From positions 2,790,001 to 2,854,000 of the forward strand of contig CATNEN010000038.1 of the NCBI GenBank assembly GCA_950097015.1: a DNA stretch of 64,000 nucleotides, read 5' to 3'. This DNA comes from Macrostomum hystrix (lineage: Eukaryota > Animalia > Platyhelminthes). This document shows positions 13,034 to 22,600 of the stretch, piece after piece. A program made the position numbers and the translations under genes. Every line of letters begins with the position of its first letter. Position 1 is the stretch's first letter. The notes below the pieces were generated by a model. That model searched no databases. It had not been told where the DNA came from and saw only the letters and a list, made by a program, of their open reading frames with translations.

Positions 13034-13290
13034 CCGCTGTAGGATTATGGAGTAGATTGGTGTCTCCGCTGTAGGATCAGGGAGTAGATTGGTGTCTCCG
13101 CTGTAGGATCAGGGGGTAGATTGGTGTCTCCGCTGTAGGATCAGGGGGTAGATTGATGTCTCCGCTGTAGGATCAGGGGGTAGATTGATGTCTCCGCTGT
13201 AGGATCAGGGGGTAGATTGGTGTCTCCGCTGTAGGATCAGGGGGTAGATTGGTGTCTCCGCTGTAGGATCAGGGGGTAGATTGATGTTCA
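13034..13290. repeat. 32-bp minisatellite
   Basis: ccgctgtaggatcagggggtagattggtgtct x8. Confidence 0.95.
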
Positions 13291-14329
13291 CTTAAGAAAA
13301 AGCAGTCAAACTCCATAGAACTATGATGAGTTTACCTGTCAGTTTACCTGTTATTCTATCGCAGGCCTTGTCGTCGTATTTACCTAATATTTTCTCATTG
13401 GTGCTGCCATGTAAATCAGCAGTTGGTTTAGTCTCTGTTAGTAGTTTTTTACATTTTCTGTGGCAGGTCCTGCACTCCGATATTTTCCCTTGAGCTTCTG
13501 CCAATACCTGCATTATTTTCGATAAATTTTGTGTACCAGCTTAATACAGCATAATCGTGCTTGTTCGTATTTAAGCCATTGTTTCTGTAATTGTATTTTA
13601 ACTATTTACTTTCGAATATATTTCACTAAATTTTATTAGCTGACATTATGGCAGATTATATTTTTTATCTAAAAGTAGTTCTATCTGGTTGCCTTGCCCT
13701 CTGTCTTCTCGCTCCGTCATTTCTTTTCGACTTGGTAGCCAAAGTTTTTTACAAATAAATAACATTAAAAATGAATGCGGATTATTTAACTTGATTTTTT
13801 CTATATGCAAAACGAGAGCAACTTTTTCAACTATGTTCTTTCTCTACTTGTTTACTTTTTTCCTTATACTACTACTACTGACGGCTGCATCAGTAGTGTC
13901 TAGAAAACTGAGAGAGACAGACTGAATTGTCAAGCTGGCCTGCAGGTAGCTTATGGAGAGTAGCGAAGTCAAGTGAAGTGTGAGAGGGCGTTGTGCCCTG
14001 GACTATATATTTCAACATGGTTAAGTTGGACAGACTGGAGGAGGTTGGCGGTACGATAACAAGAGCGCGCGACTGAGGGTAGGAGAGGAGGCTAGAACGT
14101 GAGCGGCGGACCAATCAGAAAGGAGGAAAGAAAGAAAGGATAGAGAATGAGAGATCAGCCGCAGAGATAACGAGAGAGAAAGAACTAGATTGAACTGGAC
14201 GATGTAAACAAGAAAAGTGCAGAGAACGAAAGAGTGAATAGAGGACAGAAGGCAGAGACAAAGTCGCGACAAAGTAATATCTTTAGGCTAGGTTTTATTA
14301 TCATATGTTGATAAACAGGTGTGTGTCCT

Positions 14330-15110
14330 TAGCAATAAGGATTTCGGATCTAGCAATAAGGATTTCGGATCTAGCAATGTGGATTTCGGATCTAGCAATG
14401 TGGATTTCGGATCTAAAAATGTGGATTTTGATCTAGCAATGAGGATTTCGGATCTATCAATGAGGATATTAGATCCATCAATGAGGATTTCGGATCTAGA
14501 AATGTGGATTTTAGATCAAGCAATGAGGATTTTGGATCTATCAATGAGGATTTTAGATCTATCAATGAGGATTTTAGATCCATCAATGAGGATTTTGGAT
14601 CTAGAAATGTGGATTTTAGATCAAGCAATGAGGATTTTTTATCTAGCAATGAGGATTTCGGATCTATCAATGAGGATTTCGGATCTAGAAATGTGGATTT
14701 TAGATCAAGCAATGAGGATTTTGGATCTATCAATGAGGATTTTAGATCTATCAATGAGGATTTTAGATCCATCAATGAGGATTTTGGATCTAGAAATGTG
14801 GATTTTAGATCAAGCAATGAGGATTTTTTATCTAGCAATGAGGATTTCGGATCTATCAATGAGGATATTAGATCCATCAATGAGGATTTCGGATCTAGAA
14901 ATGTGGATTTTAGATCAAGCAATGAGGATTTTTTATCTATCAATGAGGATTTTAGATCTATCAATGAGGATTTCGGATCTATCAATGAGGATTTCAGATC
15001 TATCAATGTGGATTTTGGATCTAGCAATTAGGATTTTAAATCAATCAATAAGGATTTCAGATTTGGCTTTGGGGGATTTCTAATCTAGTAATGTTGATTC
15101 GAGTCTAGCA
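14330..15110. repeat. 21-bp minisatellite
   Basis: ggatctatcaatgaggatttc variants with higher-order blocks. Confidence 0.95.
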
Positions 15111-15292
15111 ATGGTAAATTTTTGGAGCTAATATCGATATTTAGCGACTGTCACTCATGGTGAAAATCCGATGCGCGCTTTTCGAAGGCCGAAGAAGCAT
15201 TTTTAAACCACACTGGAAAACATTGCCACGCAATAAAATATCCTTTTGGGTCGAGTATCCGTCCGGCATGGCATCAGCTGACTCCAGCCCGA

Positions 15293-16170
15293 TCACTGGC
15301 AGCTGCTGTCCCTACGGCCGCTGGGCACCACAATGACTGGCGTCTGGGAGTGGTGCAGCACGAAGTCTGACACCGAACCCAGCACCGTGCGCCGCAGGGC
15401 GCCGCGTCCGCGACTTCCAAGAATCACCGCGGCCGCCTTTAGCCCGTCAGCCAGCTGGCAGAGGGTCGCCCCGGTCTCTCCGGACACTCGCTGGTGAAAC
15501 TGAACGGCTGGCGGACCGCCGGACAGCTTTCGACCGCTCTCCGTCAGCAGTTCGTCCAGCGTGCGACGGGTTCGGGCCTCCAGCTCCGCGGCCAACTGCA
15601 GCCGGCGCTGCCAGGCGTCCTCGAAGCGACCTCCGGCTGCGTCGGCGGAGTAGGCACCGCTTAACTCCGATGCCGACCTCATCGACGGCGGGTCCACGAC
15701 ACTGAGCAGGTGGACGCAGTCGTCGGGTCGAGCCAGGCGCCCGGCATAGAAAGCCATTGCCTGCCCGATGATGGAGCCAGAAGGCGTGTGAGTTGAAATT
15801 TCAAAAGTATGGATGCATCTTTGCTACACTACTGATAAGTAGAAAGAATAGGAAATGTGCTCCACTGAATGAAAATCACTCCAGTTGTTTGATGTCCCAT
15901 ACAATGGGACAGATAAGGACTGCAAGTAGATACTTGTAGATGCTCAGGAGTCATCGGAATGGGCAGAACTGCCTCCTCGCTGGCTGAGGAACGAATGATA
16001 TGCCAGTCCCCGAGCCTTCCAGCAAATGTTATTATTGTTATTTACCAAAAAATCAAGCTACAGCTCACCTGAATACAATGCTGACTGTCATCAACACAAA
16101 TAGCTATTACACGGCTTGCGCTATTTGTTTTCTGCTGCTGTTCCTGCTGCTGCTGCTGGTTTTCAGCCAT
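15293..16170 (-). CDS. Universal stress protein (UspA domain)
   Basis: Exon 16170-16069 (MAEN..RVIAICVDDSQHCIQ) splices in phase 0 to 15760-15293; ILGSRGRGALRRTVLGSVSDFVLHHS is the USP ATP-binding signature. Confidence 0.92.
15940..16045 (+). mobile_element. 3' fragment of SINE family
   Basis: tgctcaggagtca..aatgggcagaa.tgcctcctcgctggct plus TTA-rich tail, shared with 18354-18480 and 39382-39490. Confidence 0.65.
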
Positions 16171-16344
16171 TTTTTGGTCTTCAGTTTTTAGACCAGTTTT
16201 TTATCAGCTAATTATAAGCACAGGAAGTCGCATGCTGCCTAAAATGTTTTGTCGCTTGGTTGCAGCGTGTCAAACAGCAGACTTCAGTTTTTGCCAATGG
16301 GCCAATCAGCAGGTGCTTAGCGTTTTAATTAATAGTTGCACTTT

Positions 16345-16548
16345 CCAATCATTTCTCCCCTCTCCATTCCTCTCCTCTCCTTCCTTTCTCCCCTCTCCCT
16401 TCCTCTCCTCTCCTTCCTTTCTCCCATCTCCCTTCCTCTCCTCTCCTTCCTTTCTCCCATCTCCCTTCCTCTCCTCTCCTTCCTTTCTCCCCTCTCCCTT
16501 CCTCTCCTCTCCTTCCTTTCTCCCCTCTCCCTTCCTCTCCTTTCCTTC
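16345..16548. repeat. 33-bp polypyrimidine repeat
   Basis: cttcctttctcccctctcccttcctctcctctc x6. Confidence 0.95.
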
Positions 16549-16933
16549 ATCTCTGCCTCACAATGTCTCTCGTCATGTCCCTTCTAACCTTCCTTCGCAA
16601 CCTTCGCAATGCCTCCCATGATTGATCTATTTTCATTAGCTGTTGTTTGATGGGCTTAGCTAACAGTTTGCTGTCTATTTCTAACAGGCCGGAGCTTCCA
16701 AGCTGCAGGGCCGTCACACCTGGTTGCCCACTAATTTGGCAGGTAGTTATTTAGCATGCTAATTCAAGGACTGCAATTTCATTCGCTTTCTGAATAGGAA
16801 AAAATGCCAAAAACAAACGGGCAAGAACAATAATGGCGCCAGTCAGTGCTAGTGTATTTCTGTATATATCGCTCGTATAAACAGCATGCAGCTGTGGCCC
16901 ATGCAACTAGTCATTATTGCTGCTGTTCATCGC

Positions 16934-17522
16934 TCAGCGGATCTCCAAATTCTCCAGCGGGGTGCCCCAGATCCGCACGGGCCACCAGCGCTTGGATCTG
17001 CGGAGGGAGGCATTTTTTATTTGCTCAAATATTTGAGCACGCTTGTTCGATTTGGTCGCCATCGACGCCACCGGTTTTTGCTATCCTGAGATCCAATCCA
17101 AGATGCAACATTATCGGGTCTGCTGCTCGTATTTTAAAGCATCATAAAAACAGAAATAAATATATCCAAACTATTGCTCACTCTGTCCATGGACTGAGTA
17201 GCTGTACACAGCAGTCTTTGGAAGCGCCGCATAGACTAGACTATCATAGGATTTAGAGCTAATTTGAGAGTGTTTGAGCTCACCTTAAACGACGAAGCCG
17301 ATTGAGCCGAACCAGAGCTTCGGGCTGTTCAACAAAGGAGCCGCCTCCAGGCTGCCATCTCCGAGCGGCCGAATCAGCGGCCTCGGCGAGTGCCTCCTCG
17401 ACTGCGGCGGCAAGTGCATCTGAATTGCCGCTCAAGTTCTCGGCTGTCAGCCTGCCTTCCGCCAGTTCGCCAGACCAGCAGGCCAGGTGCAGCAGCAGCA
17501 GCAGCAGCTGGGTGGTAGGCAT
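16934..17522 (-). CDS. Small secreted protein / candidate neuropeptide precursor
   Basis: Exon 17522-17284 has a hydrophobic signal peptide ([23 protein letters not shown]), an acidic Ala-rich spacer and a GTGAG donor. The best phase-2 acceptor (ccgcag, exon 16997-16934) gives RLRRLRSKR-WWPVRIWGTPLENLEIR-stop. Second exon uncertain. Confidence 0.55.
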
Positions 17523-17802
17523 CTTGCAGAGAGAAGAAAAATGCTTCTACTGGGAAGAAAAGCACGGACTATTTACAGGAATCTCATAGTCCAATCATAG
17601 CTGAGGCTTGGCTGCTGAGCAATCTCACCAGGCATCAAGGCCGCTGCTTTCCTCCTCCAATTGGATTCCGCAGCATTCGTGGGAATGGAAATAATCCACA
17701 CTAGATCCCGTCTGCTGACACGAAAAAGAGAACGCGGTGAAAAGAGAACTGTGATGAACTGTGTTGGATGAGATATTTGAGGAAGACTTTACGAAAGACT
17801 TG

Positions 17803-18125
17803 GAGCTACCTGTTAGACAGTTGAGCTACCTGTTAGACAGTTGAGCTACCTGTTAGACAGTTGAGCTACCTGTTTGACAGTTGAGCTACCTGTTAGACAG
17901 TTGAGCTACCTGTTTGACAGTTGAGCTACCTGTTAGATAGTTGAGCCACCTGTTTGATAGTTGAGCTACCTGTTAGACAGTTGAGCCACCTGTTAGACAG
18001 TTGAGCTACCTGTTAGACAGTTGAGCTACCTGTTTGACAGTTGAGCTACCTGTTAGACAGTTGAGCTACCTATTAGACAGTAGAGTTACCTGTTAGACAT
18101 TTGAGCTACCTGTTAGACAGTTGAG
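17803..18125. repeat. 20-bp minisatellite
   Basis: gagctacctgttagacagtt units. Confidence 0.95.
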
Positions 18126-18482
18126 CGTTTGCCTCTCGCACCACGAACCCTAAGTTCGATTCTACGGCGAGGCCACATTTATTTTGGGGCGCAGCCGCGG
18201 ACAGAAGGCTTTGGGGCTTGTCGTGTAATTTACGCCCTTGAGGGCCAACCTCCAAGGCACAGTGAAATGTACGCTGCCTGACGATGAGAAAGTCTGGGCA
18301 GATGTGCACACCTGTGTGAGCGTGGGCCTGCGTACAGTATCTGTGTGCGTGTGTGCTCAGGAGTCAGCGAAATGGGCAGAATTGCCTCCTCGCTGGCTGT
18401 GGGTCTAGTGTCACTAAATGATGTGCCATTGCCCGCAGCCCTCCTGCAATTATTATTATTATTATTATTATTACTATTATTA
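18121..18482 (+). mobile_element. tRNA-derived SINE with (TTA)n tail inserted in a minisatellite
   Basis: B-box gttcgattc near 18153; 3' body shared with two other copies in the window; (tta)n tail 18449-18482. Confidence 0.65.
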
Positions 18483-18742
18483 CCTGTTAAACAGTTGAGC
18501 TACCTGTTAGTCAGTCAAGCTACCTGTTAGTCAGTCAAACTACCTGTTAGTCAGTCAAGCTACCTGTTAGTCAGTCAAACTACCTGTTAGTCAGTCAAAC
18601 TACCTGTTAGTCAGTCAAACTACCTGTTAGTCAGTCAAACTACCTGTTAGTCAGTCAAGCTACCTGTTAGTCAGTCAAGCTACCTGTTAGTCAGTCAAAC
18701 TACCTGTTAGTCAGTCAAGCTACCTGTTACTCAGTCAAACAG
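18481..18742. repeat. 20-bp minisatellite (variant of 17803 array)
   Basis: tacctgttagtcagtcaa(a/g)c units. Confidence 0.95.
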
Positions 18743-19127
18743 ACAATCTCTTAGACAGTTTAATGCTGCAACGTGCATTCAGTTCTATAGACTTTTATTT
18801 CTTATTTTGAAAAAGAAAACAAGTACATTTTTTGAGGCTCACAAAACACATCTTTGGATTACTGAGCTGGGATGAAAAAATGTGCAATTCGACTTAAAAC
18901 TCACGAAAACTTTTTTCGTGGCGCAAATCAATTCACATGTATTGTAAATACTCAGTTATGTAATGCAACTGAATGAGAAAAATAAACATCGAAAATGACC
19001 TGGAAAATTTAGATCATTAACTGTGAACACGGAGCTGTAAGATTCCAGGGATGCAACGATAGGGCAGACAATGACAGACTGAGCTAACACCAGTGTTGGA
19101 CTAAACTTCTGAGCCATACGTAGTCGA

Positions 19128-19510
19128 ATACCCTGTCTAGCAGGTTGAACACCCTGTCTAAGGGGTTGAACACCCTGTCTAGCAGGTTGAACACCCTGTC
19201 TAACGGGTTGAACACCCTGTCTAACGGGTTGAACACCCTGTCTAACGGGTTGAACACCCTGTCTAGCAGGTTGAACACCCTGTCTAACGGGTTGAACACC
19301 CTGTCTAACGGGTTGAACACCCTGTCTAACGGGTTGAACACCCTGTCTAACGGGTTGAACACCCTGTCTAACGGGTTGAACACCATGTCTAACGGGTTGA
19401 ACACCCTGTCTAACGGGTTGAACACCCTGTCTAACGGGTTGAACACTCTTTTAAACGGTTTGAACACCCTGTCTAACGGGTTGAACACTCTTTTTTTAAC
19501 GGTTTGAACA
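19128..19510. repeat. 21-bp minisatellite
   Basis: ttgaacaccctgtctaacggg units. Confidence 0.95.
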
Positions 19511-19684
19511 CGAACATCGGACTAACTTGGTGTTGTTAGCTTTCACTGCCAAGTCGCTGCATGCCAAAGTACGAGTAAATACAAAATAATGATGCACGTT
19601 TGATGATCAAATCGAGAAAGCTAGTGCTAGCCGTGTTAGCCGTTGTTGTTTGCTAGTCAAGCTAGGAGATTAGCGATCGGTCAG

Positions 19685-22600
19685 TCACACAATCTGCCTG
19701 ACGGAGCCGGACCCGTAGTGATCGTTCAGCTTCGCGATCAGCTCCTCGCCGTGCTCCCTGTCACGGACCTCGCAGACGCAGCTGCAGGATTGTCATCGTT
19801 TGTATGCCGATGGAAAAGCATTGGTTAGGGAGACCTCCCGATAGCATTTCATCCTCATCTGATCCCCATTCCACAAGATCTTGACCCCACAAAAACCCTC
19901 CCCATGCCTCAAGATCTTGATCCCACAAAATCCCTATTCCCCGAAACCCCTCTCACTCACCGCAGGTTGACCTGGAAGATGTCGTATTTAAGCCAGGCTC
20001 GCTCGTGAAAAATATCCTTGATTGAGACACCCATTCCAGCCAGCAGGGAGCTGCACTCGGCGATGCCACCAGGCCGGTCGGACACCGTCACCACGAAGTG
20101 GATCAGGCGGCCGTCAACCGCTAGGCCCCGCTCGATCACCCGGCCGAGGACAGTGGTGTCGATGTTGCCTCCACCCAGAATCACAGCCACCCTGGATGGG
20201 ACAGTCGGGATGCAGATTCTGAGATCACCCATTAGCTAACGACCTGACCCACTAGCTAACGACCTGACCCACTAGCTAACGACATGACCCATTAGCTAAC
20301 CAAGGACCACTGTAGTATAACAGGACGGGAAACTCAAAGATCGTGTAAATTTTTAGAAGGCCGATTTCCTGGAAAAAATACACTGCGGAGATAGGAAAAA
20401 GTCATTTTTTCAGCACATAATCAATTATTGCTTTTGATCTGGAGCAAGTTCAAATCCGTTAATCTTAGTACAGCATGCCCAACATTAAGCTCCGTTGTTT
20501 TTATATAGCTTCGTTTATAAAAGTCTTATTTTCACATATATATTATATAATAGTGTCTTGAATCTATATAGACTATAGACTAGCACATTTAATGGCTCAA
20601 AATATGATAGCTAAATATTCTTAATTTCGCCTAAATTGTTTGAATTAACAAATTAGCTAAATAGTTTGGCAAAACTAACAGCCAAAAAAGTTAACTAATA
20701 TAACAGTAGCAACTATATAGCTATAAAGGTACAACAAATGATTTTAATGCAACCAAGTAAGTTAATTAATTTTTGGCTGTTAGTTTTGCCAAACTATTTA
20801 GCTAATTTGTTAATTCAAACAATTTAGGCGAAATTAAGAATATTTAGCTATCATATTTTGAGCCATTAAATGTGCTAGTCTATAGTCTATATAGATTCAA
20901 GACACTATTATATAATATATATGTGAAAATAAGACTTTTATAAACGAAGCTATATAAAAACAACGGAGCTTAATGTTGGGCATGCTGTACTAAGATTAAC
21001 GGATTTGAACTTGCTCCAGATCAAAAGCAATAATTGATTATGTGCTGAAAAATGACTTTTTCCTTTCTCCGCAGTGTATTTTTTCCAGGAAATCGGCCTT
21101 CTAAAAATTTACACGATCTTTGAGTTTCCCGTCCTGTTATACTACAGTGGTCCTTGTAGCTAACACCCTGACCCATTGGCTAACGACCTGACCCATTGGC
21201 TTACGACCTGACCCACCACGGCCACCAGCAATCGACCTAATCTGAACCATCAACGACCTGAAAATGGACCAGAGACACAAAAGAGTGGTCAAAAATAACT
21301 TCCTCCAGGTTAACAATTCGAAGATATGAAAGAGGATCAGACTGCCTATAACGCTCGTTGGTGCACGTTATCGTAATCATTGTTGCCGAATTGAATAAAT
21401 CTTGGATATTTGAATCATTTGGCACTCAAACACGCAGCCAGAGTCAGAGTATTAAAGGTACACATTCTAGTACGGTAATTTTCATGTGGCTGCCTGGCGA
21501 CCTCACTTACCTGATGTGGCTCCCCTGGAAAGTTGGGATCAACTAGCCGATATGTATATAAATATTTGCAACTAAGAGACAACCATTTGAGCAGTGAGTA
21601 CGCACGTCTTGCCCTGCAGCTCCGGCAGGCAGCCCTGCAGCACGGCGGCCAGGGCGGCGCCGCCCGCGCCTTCGACCACGGTTTTCTCCAGCTCAAGCAG
21701 GCGCAGAATTGACAGCGCGATGAACTCCTCGGAGACGGTCACCATGCGGTCAACAATGTCCTTGCAGGAGTAGAAGGCGTTGGCACCGGCCAGCGGGACG
21801 GCCAGGCCGTCGGCCAGGGAGGACTTCAGAGCCGTGCGAACCGGACGACCCGCCTGCATGGCGGCGCTGAAGCTGGCACTGCGCTCCGGCTCTGCGCCCT
21901 GCCAGACGGTCGGGGAGTCGAACTTATTTGCGGAAGCGACGGTGAGATTGAAGCTGGCTTAGTGAGCTGGCTTTCAGGTGTGACTCGTGTGGAAATCGAT
22001 TTTTTGGGTTAAGTGACTCTTGAGTCAGTGAAAAGCCTTATACCAGGGTCAGTAAGTTAGCTAGTGGGTCAGGTGGTTAGCTCATGGGTCAGGTCGTTAG
22101 CTGATTGGTCAGGTCGTTAGCCAATGGGTCAGGTCGTTAGCTCATGGGTCAGGTCGTTAGCTGATTGGTCAGGTCGTTAGCCAATGGGTCAGGTCGTTAG
22201 CTCATGGGTCAGGTCGTTAGCTGATTGGTCAGGTCGTTAGCCAATGGGTCAGGTCGTTAGCTCATGGGTCAGGTCGTTAGCTGATTGGTCAGGTCGTTAG
22301 CCAATGGGTCAGGTCGTTAGCTCATGGGTCAGGTCGTTAGCTGATTGGTCAGGTCGTTAGCCAATGGGTCAGGTCGTTAGCTCATGGGTCAGGTCGTTAG
22401 CTGATTGGTCAGGTCGTTAGCCAATGGGTCAGGTCGTTAGCTCATGGGTCAGGTCGTTAGCTGATTGGTCAGGTCGTTAGCCAATGGGTCAGGTCGTTAG
22501 CTGATTGGTCAGGTCGTTAACTAGTGGGTCAGGTCTTTAGCTGGTGGGTCAGGTCGTTAGCTGATTGGTCATGTCTTTAGATGATTGGTCAGTTCGTTAG

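Noticed and set aside
13690-14300. Possible solo LTR or promoter (CCAAT, GA-rich)
   Set aside because: No second copy, TG..CA ends, TSD or primer-binding site identified.
14319-15083. Long ORFs over repeats (also 23146-24480, 34773-36177, 43397-45089, 47485-48591, 52230-53135, 61747-63057)
   Set aside because: Translations of stop-free minisatellite units lying in introns or intergenic DNA; several are open in more than one frame or strand.
18270-18305. Hammerhead ribozyme (ctgacga..gaaa)
   Set aside because: Only 3 nt between CUGANGA and GAAA and no helix III; the core cannot fold.
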